A stretch of 64,000 bases of DNA. It comes from Acidobacteriota bacterium. Its GTDB lineage: Bacteria; Acidobacteriota; UBA890; WLXD01. How positions within the stretch are numbered: the stretch's first letter is position 1; each line of letters starts with the position of its first letter. Of the stretch, positions 45,303 to 54,766 are shown piece after piece. The notes below the pieces were generated by a model, which worked only from the letters and a program-made list of their open reading frames with translations, was not told the DNA's origin and did not search any database. Location: positions 640,001-704,000 of the forward strand of contig CAXWPL010000004.1 of NCBI GenBank assembly GCA_963666215.2. The letters run 5' to 3'. The translations under genes and the position numbers were made by a program.

Positions 45303-46436
45303 CTAGTAGATGAGCAGGCGCGACTGGTCCGTCCTCTGCGGCGTGATGGCTTGGAGAATCTGCGGCACCAACTGCTCGAGCGCCTCCGCCGTCGCAGCGC
45401 CATCATCGACCCCCTGGTCGGAAGGGAACGATGCCGACCCTTCGAGCGCGCCGTCGAGCAACCTCTGACCATCCTCGCCGCGCAGCAGGACGTAATCGAA
45501 GTTGACGGTGTACGTCACGCTGTCTTCAAACTCGGCAACTTCGCGAACCTCGCCATCGGGGCCACGCATGCGCCGCCGAACAAGCTTCGACTCGTCCTCG
45601 GTAGTGACGCCGATCTCGCCTGTGAGAATCAAGTCGGCGCCGGCCGCCTCGGCTCGCTGCACCCAATAGTCGGCGTCGTCGAAGATGCCCTCACGTGGAC
45701 CCTCGAGCGGCAGGCCGAGCTGATCCTGGGTCTGGAAGAAGGTCCGCTGGGTGATCCGCCGTCGCAGATAGGGCACCGCTACGCCGTTGATGTTGGCCGT
45801 GCTGTCGCGACGCTGCACAAAGTTGCCGATGAGCATGCGGCTGAAGCCAGCGAGATTCGGACCGCCTTCGTCGGGGAGAGCGATCTCGACTTCGAGCGCC
45901 GTGAGGTCGGTGCGCAGCAACAAGGCACTGAGCTCGTCGGCGATCACTTGCGTCGAGTCGTCGTTACCGTTGTCGCCGTCGTCGGAAGCGGCTTCCGAGT
46001 CGTCGTTGCCGATCTCGCCGCTGTTGACGCGCTCCCAGATCACCGAGAACTGCTTGTAGTTCCAGTTGATGTAGTCGCGCTCGGCCGGACCAGCGACCTG
46101 CAGTGCGTCGTCGTACCGCGCTTTGGCGGTGTCGAACTCGGCAAGCCGCTCCTGGCGCACGGCGAGATTGTTGAGTGCCCGCGCGTTGCTCTGGCTAATC
46201 GCCAGCGCCTTCAGCCAGCGAAACTCCGCTTCTTCCCAGAATCCCCGGTCGGCAGCGCTAACACCGGAGCGCGTCTGATTCGTTGAGCGGTCAACGGGAG
46301 CGGTCGAACACGCGGGAAGGCTCACCAGAGCGGCCAGCGTGGAGAGGCAAAGCACCGAATGGCTGATCTGCCTGCGCCGCGCGAAAGCAGCCTCTGGCAC
46401 GACGCGAGAAGGGTCAAGGTCGTGAGCTGAGGACAT
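45303..46436 (-). CDS. TPR-containing putative lipoprotein
   Basis: Lipobox-like LPAC; TPR-like WLKAL...ALNNLAV...A...Y..AL. Confidence 0.65.
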   Translation of the reverse strand: MSSAHDLDPSRVVPEAAFARRRQISHSVLCLSTLAALVSLPACSTAPVDRSTNQTRSGVSAADRGFWEEAEFRWLKALAISQSNARALNNLAVRQERLAEFDTAKARYDDALQVAGPAERDYINWNYKQFSVIWERVNSGEIGNDDSEAASDDGDNGNDDSTQVIADELSALLLRTDLTALEVEIALPDEGGPNLAGFSRMLIGNFVQRRDSTANINGVAVPYLRRRITQRTFFQTQDQLGLPLEGPREGIFDDADYWVQRAEAAGADLILTGEIGVTTEDESKLVRRRMRGPDGEVREVAEFEDSVTYTVNFDYVLLRGEDGQRLLDGALEGSASFPSDQGVDDGAATAEALEQLVPQILQAITPQRTDQSRLLIY

Positions 46437-46649
46437 ATGGGTGTCGCGATCCTGAGCTGTTCGGTGAAGGAGTGCGGCGGGGACCCGACACATTGGATTC
46501 GGAGACAAGCAGAGTGTATCGATGCCGCCAACAGCCTGGCAAGTGAGCGGCGTCGGCCCTGCAACATGCAAGGTCACCTTTCCCGTAGCCACGAAACCGA
46601 CGTACGAGTCGGAAAGGCGCTGCGCGATGACCGTCTCATGGAGATGAGC

Positions 46650-47570
46650 ATGCGCGACGATCCACAGTCACAACCTATCAGCTGCACTCTGCGGCCCGGC
46701 GACGAAACCTACCCGGAGGGCCTTTCGAAGCTGACACCGCCGCCGGCCCAGCTGCATGTGCGCGGCACGCTCCTACCCGGCGAAGTGAGCGTAGCGGTTG
46801 TCGGCTCGCGCGAGTGCTCGGCCTACGGTCGCGATGTCGCCTACCGGATCGCGAGCGGAGTGGCCCGTGCGGGCATCCTCGTGGTTTCTGGCTTGGCGCG
46901 CGGCATCGACGCGGCCGCGCACTGCGGGGCGCTCGATGCGGGCGGGCGCACGGTCGCGGTGTTGCCGTGCGGGCTCGATCGAGTGTACCCGGCATCCCAT
47001 GGCGTTCTCGCGACCCGAATCGTTCGCCAAGGCGCCCTGGTCACCGAGAACGATCCCGGAACCACGGTTGCCCCGTGGCAGTTTCCTCGCCGCAACCGCA
47101 TCATCGCAGGGATGAGCTTGGTGACGGTTGTGGTGGAGGCGGCGGCGCGCAGTGGCGCCCGCATCACCGCGAATCTTGCCGCCGACGCCGGGCGCGAAGT
47201 CATGGTGGTTCCCGGGCCGGTCACTTCGCGCTCTTCCGAAGGCTGTCATGCACTTCTCTCCCAGGGCGCCCACGTGTGCACCGGCTGGCGCGACGTTCTG
47301 GCCCATCTGCCCCCCGACGTTGAACGCCAGGCGCTAGCCCGCGCGGCAACCGGCAACTGTGGTTCGCGACGATCCGACCTGTCGGCGCGCGCCCGGCTGC
47401 TGCTCGACGCACTGGCGGGGCGGGCGGCGCCCCTCGAGGCTCTGCTCGACCGCTGCGCCCTGTCGGTAAGCGACGCGCTCAGCGCCGTCACGGAGCTCGA
47501 GCTCGGTGGGCTGGTGAGGGTGACGGGCACCCGAATCGAGCCCACCGTGGGGCCCGATGGGCACACCTGA
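46650..47570 (+). CDS. dprA: DNA-processing protein DprA
   Basis: VAVVGSR, VSGLARGID.AAH, FPRRNRII and VVEAA..SG. Confidence 0.93.
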   Translation: MRDDPQSQPISCTLRPGDETYPEGLSKLTPPPAQLHVRGTLLPGEVSVAVVGSRECSAYGRDVAYRIASGVARAGILVVSGLARGIDAAAHCGALDAGGRTVAVLPCGLDRVYPASHGVLATRIVRQGALVTENDPGTTVAPWQFPRRNRIIAGMSLVTVVVEAAARSGARITANLAADAGREVMVVPGPVTSRSSEGCHALLSQGAHVCTGWRDVLAHLPPDVERQALARAATGNCGSRRSDLSARARLLLDALAGRAAPLEALLDRCALSVSDALSAVTELELGGLVRVTGTRIEPTVGPDGHT

Positions 47571-47791
47571 CACACGCCGATTCTCCTGCCGGGCCAAGAT
47601 CCAGGGGCCCGATAGAGACCGAAACGATTTGCTACACTCGGCCGCCGCCGTCTATTAATGAACGTACTCGCTGCCGAACCGTGGCCGACCGTCGCCATTT
47701 CGAGAACGGCCACGCAACGTCGGCAGCACCGCTTTAGATGATCGAGGCACGCTGAAGTGCCCACCATCAACTCCCGATAGCGAGCTCAAAA

Positions 47792-50086
47792 ATGGGCAGC
47801 TCACTCGTAATTGTCGAGTCTCCGGCCAAGGCCCGCACGATCAACCGCTACCTCGGCAAGGGGTACACGGTAAAGGCCTCGATGGGCCACGTGCGCGACC
47901 TCCCCAAGAAGGAGCTCGCAGTGGACGTCGACAACGATTTCGCGCCCACGTACCAGCTTATCGACGACAAGAAGAAGGTCGTCCAGGAGCTGCGCCGCAT
48001 CGCGGCCAAGTCCGACGCGATCTACATCGCAACGGATCCCGATCGCGAGGGCGAGGCCATCGGCTGGCACCTGGTGCAGCTTCTTGAAGAGAAGAAGGCG
48101 CCCAAGCAAGTCTATCGAGTGCTCCTCGAAGAGATCACCAAGCCCGGAATCGAGCGCGCTTTCGCGAACCGTCAAGAGCTCGATCTCGACAAGGTCAACG
48201 CGCAGCAAGCACGACGCATTCTCGACCGGCTCGTGGGCTACAAGCTGTCGCCGCTGCTGTGGGACAAGGTTCGCCGTGGCATCTCGGCCGGGCGTGTGCA
48301 GTCGGTGGCCCTGCGCCTGGTGGTCGACCGCGAGCGCGAGATCGAAGCGTTCGTAACCGAGGAGTACTGGTCGATTACCGCGAGCCTCGAGAGCGATTCC
48401 CCACCGCCCTTCGACGCTAAGCTGCACCGCAAGTCGGGCGACGAGGTCAAGATTGGCGACGAAGACGCCGCCCAAGCGATCCTCGGCGAGCTCCAGGGCG
48501 CGGCATGGGGCGTGGCCAAAATCGACTCCAAAAAGCGCCGCCGGCGCCCCAAGCCGCCGTTCACCACACCGCAGCTGCAGCAGGCCGCCTATCGGCGCAT
48601 CGGATCGTCGGTACGCCGCACAATGATGCTGGCGCAGCAGCTGTACGAGGGCATCGACATCGGCGACGAAGCTCCTGTGGGTCTCATCACCTACATGCGC
48701 ACCGACTCCACCCGAGTGGCCGATGTCGCTATCTCCGAGGCACGAGAGGTGATCGGCAAGCGCTTTGGCGCCGAGTCTGTACCCAACAAGCCTCGCGTAT
48801 TCAAGGCGGGCAAGGCCGCGCAAGAGGCACACGAGGCCATCCGGCCGACATCAGCGGCGCGCACGCCGCAGGCGATGAAGAAGTACCTCGACAAAGACCA
48901 GTACCGCATGTACGAGCTCATCTGGCAGCGCTTCGTGGCTTCCCAGATGGCCGATGCGCTTTACGACACGACCGCGGTAGATATCGCCGCCGGCGACTAC
49001 ACCTTCCGCGCCTCGGGATCGATCTTGCGATTCGCCGGCTTCCTGGCGGCCTACGCCGATCTCGAAAAGAAACCCGACGACGACAGCGAAGCCGCGAGCG
49101 AAACCGACCGCCTGCTGCCACCGCTCAGCGAGGGCGATGCGCTGAAGCTGCTCGACATCGCTCCGAAGCAGCACTTCACGCAGCCACCGCCGCGCTTCAG
49201 CGAGGCAATACTCGTCCGCGAGCTCGAGCGTAACGGCATCGGTCGTCCGTCAACCTACGCCGACATCCTCAGCAAGCTGCGCAACCGGGCCTACGCGAAC
49301 GTCGAGGACAAGCGCTTCCACCCGAGCGAGCTCGGCACCACGGTGACCGACCTGCTGGTGCAGAACTTCGGCCGCATCCTCGATATCAACTACACGGCCA
49401 GGGTCGAGGAACGCCTCGACGACATCGAGGCCGGCAAGGAGGGATGGGTCACCGCGCTCGACCGTTTCTGGGACCGCTTCACGAAGGAGCTGAAGACGGC
49501 CGAGAAAGAGATGCGCAACGTCAAGCGCGAGGAGACCCCCACCGAAGAGGTTTGCGACAAGTGCGGCAAGCCCATGGTCATCAAGTTCGGACGCTTCGGA
49601 CGCTTCATCGCCTGTACCGGCTACCCCGAGTGCAAGAACACCAAGAAGATCGCCAAGGGCGCCGACGGCGAAGACAAGATCGAGGACAAGCCCGCCCCTG
49701 AGCCCACCGGCGAAAAGTGTCCGAAGTGCGAAACCGGACAGTTGGTCCGCCGCACCGGCCGCTTCGGCCCCTTCGTAGGTTGTGGTGACTTCCCGAAGTG
49801 TCGCTACATCAAGCCGAAGACGATCGGGATCAAGTGCCCCAAGTGCAGCAATGGCGATCTGTCGGAGAAGCGTACGAAGAAGCGACGCACCTTCTTCGGC
49901 TGCACCGAGTATCCCGACTGCGACTTCGCCACCTGGCGACGCCCAGTGCCGATCGCCTGCCCGACGTGCAAGCACCCGTTCTTGGAAATCAAGAAGGCCA
50001 AGGACTTGCCCGACGAGCTCGTGTGCCCGCAGGAAGATTGCGAGTACGCCACCGAGGCGGCGGAAACGATCGGCGTACCGGAATAG
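47792..50086 (+). CDS. topA: DNA topoisomerase I with C-terminal Zn ribbons
   Basis: LVIVESPAK, ATDPDREGE, SAGRVQS and ITYMRTDS; repeated CxxC. Confidence 0.98.
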   Translation: MGSSLVIVESPAKARTINRYLGKGYTVKASMGHVRDLPKKELAVDVDNDFAPTYQLIDDKKKVVQELRRIAAKSDAIYIATDPDREGEAIGWHLVQLLEEKKAPKQVYRVLLEEITKPGIERAFANRQELDLDKVNAQQARRILDRLVGYKLSPLLWDKVRRGISAGRVQSVALRLVVDREREIEAFVTEEYWSITASLESDSPPPFDAKLHRKSGDEVKIGDEDAAQAILGELQGAAWGVAKIDSKKRRRRPKPPFTTPQLQQAAYRRIGSSVRRTMMLAQQLYEGIDIGDEAPVGLITYMRTDSTRVADVAISEAREVIGKRFGAESVPNKPRVFKAGKAAQEAHEAIRPTSAARTPQAMKKYLDKDQYRMYELIWQRFVASQMADALYDTTAVDIAAGDYTFRASGSILRFAGFLAAYADLEKKPDDDSEAASETDRLLPPLSEGDALKLLDIAPKQHFTQPPPRFSEAILVRELERNGIGRPSTYADILSKLRNRAYANVEDKRFHPSELGTTVTDLLVQNFGRILDINYTARVEERLDDIEAGKEGWVTALDRFWDRFTKELKTAEKEMRNVKREETPTEEVCDKCGKPMVIKFGRFGRFIACTGYPECKNTKKIAKGADGEDKIEDKPAPEPTGEKCPKCETGQLVRRTGRFGPFVGCGDFPKCRYIKPKTIGIKCPKCSNGDLSEKRTKKRRTFFGCTEYPDCDFATWRRPVPIACPTCKHPFLEIKKAKDLPDELVCPQEDCEYATEAAETIGVPE

Positions 50087-50237
50087 CCGAGGGCGGCTCG
50101 CCCCGGCGGCCCGGGCCCATTCGACGCGGGCCCGCATCAGCCGCCTCACTGCGCGACCTTGGCGCCTCGATCGCCATCATCGCGGGCGCAGCCGCTTAGA
50201 CTAGGCGTCGACCCGACGCCGGCCTCTTTTCGGGACT

Positions 50238-51488
50238 TTGCCGTTGCCAATCGCCAGTCAAGTTGTGGACGCGCTGCAGCCTGAGGATCACCTGCTGATT
50301 GCGTGTTGCGCTGCCGCTCTGCGCTCGGGGTCTGCAGGCTCTGCGGAAGCACCTGGCGTTGAAGTCGAGCCACCGGTCTCGAAGGCGTTCACCTGGGCGG
50401 CGTTCGTCGCCCGCGCCAACTGGCACGGCGTGCACGGGACGATCCTTCCTGTCGTCGCGAGCCAGCTGCGTTCCACGATGCCCGAAAACGTCTGGGAGTC
50501 GATGCGGGAGCTCGCCCAGCGGCAGGCGCCAAAAAACCTGCGTCTGTCTCGAGCACAGGCTGAGCTGATCGAGGCGTTCGAGCGTGCCCGAGTTCCGTTC
50601 GTCGTGCTGAAGGGGTTACCGCTGGCGCAGCATCTCTATGGAACCGTTACGGCTCGACGTTGCCGCGACATCGACCTCCTGGTCGCGCCGGAGGCATTCT
50701 GGGAGGGGCGTGCCGTTCTGGAGAGCCTCGGCTACGCGTCGACGCGCGGCCTCACACGCGCGCAGGATCGAGTTTGGTTGCGTTACGCGTCCGATCTACC
50801 GATGCAGCGCTCCGACGACGTCCTCGTAGAGCTCCACCATGGATTCGAGATACGCCCAGCACGAGCTGCGCACGCCTGCGCTGCCGGGCTCCTGGCGGCG
50901 GCGCGGCCGTTTGATCTCGACGGCGTAAACGTGCCGGCGGCGCTGGGTGTGGAGCTCATTCCCTATCTGGCGTGGCACGGTACCAAACACGCGTGGTTTC
51001 GGCTGTTCTGGCTGCTTGATATCGCGGCCGTCGAACTGCGGGCAGGAGTCGCTAACCGCGACGCCATCTGGGAGGCCGCCGCGTCGATCGGCCAGCAGCG
51101 CTCGCTGGCTCTCGCGTGGTGGCTGTCGGCAGCGCTCTTCGGCGTGCCGCAAACCGCCACCCGCATCGGCCCGGCGGAGGCCGGCCGCGTTGCCGCTCTC
51201 GGAGGACGCGTGCTGCGAGACGCGTTCGGTCCCGTGAAACCGCTGCAGGCGCACACGCTGGCGCGACGCAGCCGAGCGCTCAGCTGACAGTGGCAGGTGG
51301 CGTCGGGGCCGGGCCAAAGAGCGGCTGTGGTGCGCGACTATCTGATCGCGGTGCAGCCGGACGACATTCAAGCCATACCGCTACCGCGATCGCTGTACTG
51401 GTTGTACCCGGTGCTGCGCCCATTTCGGGTGGTCGCGAGGTTCGTCAAGGCTCTCTTGACTCGACTGATGCGTGTCTCCTGGAGCTAG
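50238..51488 (+). pseudogene. nucleotidyltransferase (NTP_transf_5-like, lasso-cluster type) with in-frame TGA at 51285-51287
   Basis: LKG..LA..LYG...R..RDIDLLV and VELH. The same frame continues past the TGA to the typical tail P.D....LP..LY.LY...RP.R. Confidence 0.75.
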
Positions 51489-51491
51489 TCG

Positions 51492-52796
51492 GTGCCGCGA
51501 GTGCTGTTTGTCAGTTATGTCTTCCCACCGATGGCCGCGGGAGGTGCGATCCGTACCGGACAGCTCGCACGCTACCTGCCCGAGCACGGCTGGGACGTGA
51601 CCGTGCTCACGGCAACCTGTTCGCCGGCGGCGGCGATCGATATGAAGGCGCTCGCGGCCCTCCCGAAGTCGATCCACGTGGAACGAGCCTGGGCACCCAA
51701 CCAGCGGCTTGGCTCGATGCGCGCCAGTGCGCAGCTGCGGCACGGAGTGCGCGGCTTCCTCCGCCGCTCCGCCATTGGCGCCGCCAAGCTGCTCGTGGTA
51801 CCCGATCGGCAGGTCAGCTGGTATCCGTCCGCGGTGCGCACGGGTCGTCGGCTGCTCGACGAAACACCTCACGACGTGGTGCTGGCGAGCTACGGCCCGG
51901 GCACGAGCCTTCTGGTTGGCAGACGACTTGCCGAGGCGGCGGAACTGCCGTTGGTACTCGACTTTCGCGATCTGTGGAGCGACCTGCCGCTCGATGTGTT
52001 CGCCACGGGTTGGCATCGAGCGCGGGCAGCGAGGATGGAGCGTCGTTGCGTTGCCGCGGCTCGCCGAATCGTTTGCGTGTCCGATCGCATGGCGGCTCAT
52101 CTGGCCGAGCGCCACGGCCGGTCGACGAGCGAAGTGGTAGCGATTCCGAACGGGTTCGATCCAGCGCAGGTGGGACGCCACGCGGACGCTGGTCCCCGCC
52201 ACGCCGACCCCTGCGCGCCCGCAGGCAGGCCGAGGCCGTTCCGGCTCGTGTACGCCGGCGCCGTGCATCGATTCCAGGCGGTAGATCCTTTCCTCGCGGC
52301 ACTGCGCGGCGCGATCGACGGTGGCGAGATCGAGCGGGCGGCGGTCGAAGTGGAGTTCGTTGGCAACCTCGACCCGGACGTGTCGCGGCGCAGCGGCCTC
52401 CAGGACATCGTGCGCTGCCGACCCTTTGTGCCCCATGCCGATGTGCCGGCAGTGCTAGCGCGAGCCGACGCCCTGCTTCTACTCGAGCAGCCGGGCTATT
52501 GGGGCGAGTTTTCCTACTCCGCGAAGGTCTTCGACTACGTGATCACCGGCAAGCCGGTTCTCGCTCTGGTCGAGGACCCCGGCAACAGTGCAAACCTGCT
52601 ACGCGAGCTGGGCACCGGGATCATGGTGGCGCCGCTGGACGAGGCGGCAATCCGCCGCGCTCTCGTCGCGCTCGTGACCGGCCCGCCGACGCCAGCTCGG
52701 AACGTCGATACCAGCGTCGATCCGCTGAACCGCTTCGACCGACGCACCCTCGCTGGCCAGTTGAGCGACGTGCTGCAAGACGCTTTGGGCGACTAG
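51492..52796 (+). CDS. GT4-family glycosyltransferase
   Basis: SYVFPP...GG.IR, LDFRDLW, IPNGFD and SAKVFDY. Confidence 0.88.
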   Translation: MPRVLFVSYVFPPMAAGGAIRTGQLARYLPEHGWDVTVLTATCSPAAAIDMKALAALPKSIHVERAWAPNQRLGSMRASAQLRHGVRGFLRRSAIGAAKLLVVPDRQVSWYPSAVRTGRRLLDETPHDVVLASYGPGTSLLVGRRLAEAAELPLVLDFRDLWSDLPLDVFATGWHRARAARMERRCVAAARRIVCVSDRMAAHLAERHGRSTSEVVAIPNGFDPAQVGRHADAGPRHADPCAPAGRPRPFRLVYAGAVHRFQAVDPFLAALRGAIDGGEIERAAVEVEFVGNLDPDVSRRSGLQDIVRCRPFVPHADVPAVLARADALLLLEQPGYWGEFSYSAKVFDYVITGKPVLALVEDPGNSANLLRELGTGIMVAPLDEAAIRRALVALVTGPPTPARNVDTSVDPLNRFDRRTLAGQLSDVLQDALGD

Positions 52797-53920
52797 CTGC
52801 GCGAATGCGTCCGAATCATTTGGCGCACGAAGTTCTCAACGCGCTGCTCGGTGGCAAAGAGATCGGGAAACTGTTGCCTGATCTGCTCCGCGATTGCGGC
52901 GACCGTCCGTGTTCCGTCCAGCGCTGAGATCACCGCCGAAACGGCGCGAGCACGTTCGGTGGCCTTCGGGCTGGCTTCGTCCCGTGAATTCGCAATCGCC
53001 GTGCTGAGCGGCTTCCCGAACATTGTCGAACCCTGTCGCATCTCGTCGCCACACCGCAGCCGCCAGACCCAGTCACCATAGGGCGGTCGCAGCAAGCGAA
53101 ACTCGATCGTGTCGCCCTCTTTCACCGCAACAGCAGGATCCACGGGAACGAAGGAAGCCGACCAATGCACCGCCGGATCGAACGGCCCGGTAGATAGCCA
53201 CTCATCGCCGAGCTTCATGCGCAGCCAGGCCGCAATCCCGTCGCACATGCCGGCTTCCACGACCCTGAGCTCGGCGGTGACGTCGAGCTTCCTGTACGCC
53301 ATCGTTTCGAGGTCGGTGGTAAACAACTCGGTTGTTTCCCCGAGTGGCTCCGCACCGCGCAGCCCGGCGTCGCGGAAGACGATGGCGTTGGTGGCGTACC
53401 GGCGGGCCGGACTGAGGTCGAGCCCGAGGTGCGGCTCGGCCCAGCAATCCAGATGGCGCCGGATCATCTTCGGCGAGGCGACTGGCATCACATCGATCGC
53501 GGCGGTCGACGGAATCAGCACACCACCCTCGCGTAGATGTTCGTCGCGCGCATGGAAAACTGTCGGCAACAAGTCTTCGTTGAAGAGCACGTTGCCGGTC
53601 ATCGCGGAGACGATGACGTCGACCTTCTCGGGAAGCTCGAGCTCTTCGATTCGGCCGTGCAGAAAGGTCACCTGGTCGGCCCAGCCGTTGGCCTCGGCGA
53701 TCTCTGTGGACAGGGCGCCGAGATCCTGCGGCTCTACGCAGTACACGTGTCGCGCCCCGTGCTTGGCGGCCAGAAGGCCCAGAATACCCACCCCGGCGCC
53801 GAGATCGAGAACCACCGACTCGGGAGTGACGTGCTTGGCGAGCGCGCGCTCATATGCGGCGTTGCGCACGCCGTCGAGCGCCATCGAGCGCTGTCCTTGC
53901 AAGTTCAAATCGGGCGTCAT
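52793..53920 (-). CDS. class I SAM methyltransferase, PRMT-like, with C-terminal PqqD/RRE-like helices
   Basis: D.VRN.AY, VLDLGAGVG, VYCVE, EKVDVIVS, ARD..L..GG.LIP and VHW; tail LDGTRTVAAIAEQI...FV..M; native start uncertain. Confidence 0.8.
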   Translation of the reverse strand: MTPDLNLQGQRSMALDGVRNAAYERALAKHVTPESVVLDLGAGVGILGLLAAKHGARHVYCVEPQDLGALSTEIAEANGWADQVTFLHGRIEELELPEKVDVIVSAMTGNVLFNEDLLPTVFHARDEHLREGGVLIPSTAAIDVMPVASPKMIRRHLDCWAEPHLGLDLSPARRYATNAIVFRDAGLRGAEPLGETTELFTTDLETMAYRKLDVTAELRVVEAGMCDGIAAWLRMKLGDEWLSTGPFDPAVHWSASFVPVDPAVAVKEGDTIEFRLLRPPYGDWVWRLRCGDEMRQGSTMFGKPLSTAIANSRDEASPKATERARAVSAVISALDGTRTVAAIAEQIRQQFPDLFATEQRVENFVRQMIRTHSRS

Positions 53921-54764
53921 CTATCAGGCGAGCCCCGAGCAGTTCCTTCTGAGGCTGCAAGGCGTCGCCAGCTATCTGGTGGACGGCGGCGACGCGATCA
54001 CGATTGAACGCGATCCGCAGGCCGACGATTCCAGCGTACGGGTGTTCCTTCTGGGCTCCTGCCTGGCGGCCGTACTGCACCATCGCCAGATGCTGGCGCT
54101 GCATGCGAGCGCCATTCACACGGCCGGTGGCGCCGTGCTCTTCATGGGCCCTTCGGGCAACGGCAAGAGCACGCTGCTCAACGAGTTCCTCAGGCGTGGC
54201 TACTCCATGCTCTCGGACGATATCGTGGCCATCGTTCTCAACGAGGCTGGCGAGCCCGTCGCTCTGCCCGGCTACCCGCAAACCAATCTGTGGGCCGATG
54301 CGGCCAGGCACTTCGAGCTCGACACGAAGTCGCTGCACCAGGTGCGCCCCAGCATGCAGAAGTTCGCTGTGCGGACGCACGAACAGTTCGTTACAGAAGC
54401 CGTGCCCCTGCGCGCACTGTACGGGTTGTCCTCGACCAACCGCGACGTGCTCGACGTCCGCTCAGCGGAGAACACGGCGGCTTTCGGCTTGGTGCCCAAC
54501 TCCACGTACCGACGCACGTTCCTGCGGGGGCTCGGCATGCAGGCGATCCACTTCGCGCTGGCAACGAAGGTTGCCTCCACCGTACCCGTAAAACGAATGC
54601 GTCGCCCCAATGCCGGTTTCACGGTCGCCCGCGTAGCCGACATCATCGAGCTCGACCTCGCCGGCGAGTACACGGAGCCGGAGGAAGGCGAGGAAACGTC
54701 GGTTGCCGATTTCGTTGCCGCGCGGGCAGCCGCTGCCAGCGCCGGCAAGGCGAAGAAGGGTTAG
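53901..54764 (+). CDS. HPr-kinase-like lasso peptide kinase (5' end apparently missing)
   Basis: FLLGS, LHASAI, GPSGNGKST (Walker A) and LSDD; no plausible start or RBS upstream of GVIYQA. Confidence 0.8.
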   Translation, partial: KFKSGVIYQASPEQFLLRLQGVASYLVDGGDAITIERDPQADDSSVRVFLLGSCLAAVLHHRQMLALHASAIHTAGGAVLFMGPSGNGKSTLLNEFLRRGYSMLSDDIVAIVLNEAGEPVALPGYPQTNLWADAARHFELDTKSLHQVRPSMQKFAVRTHEQFVTEAVPLRALYGLSSTNRDVLDVRSAENTAAFGLVPNSTYRRTFLRGLGMQAIHFALATKVASTVPVKRMRRPNAGFTVARVADIIELDLAGEYTEPEEGEETSVADFVAARAAAASAGKAKKG

Positions 54765-54766
54765 CC

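Noticed and set aside
50087-50237. Lasso precursor gene upstream of the cluster
   Set aside because: No small ORF with RBS and leader/core pattern; the region contains only GC hairpins, possibly the topA terminator.
51285-51287. Second selenocysteine codon
   Set aside because: There is no CxxU or redox context and no convincing SECIS; a nonsense change or read error is more parsimonious.
53109-53900. 551-aa ORF as a full-length kinase with a long N-terminal domain
   Set aside because: This part is the antisense shadow of the methyltransferase (Ser/Arg-rich, no motifs). Kinase similarity begins only at about 53901.
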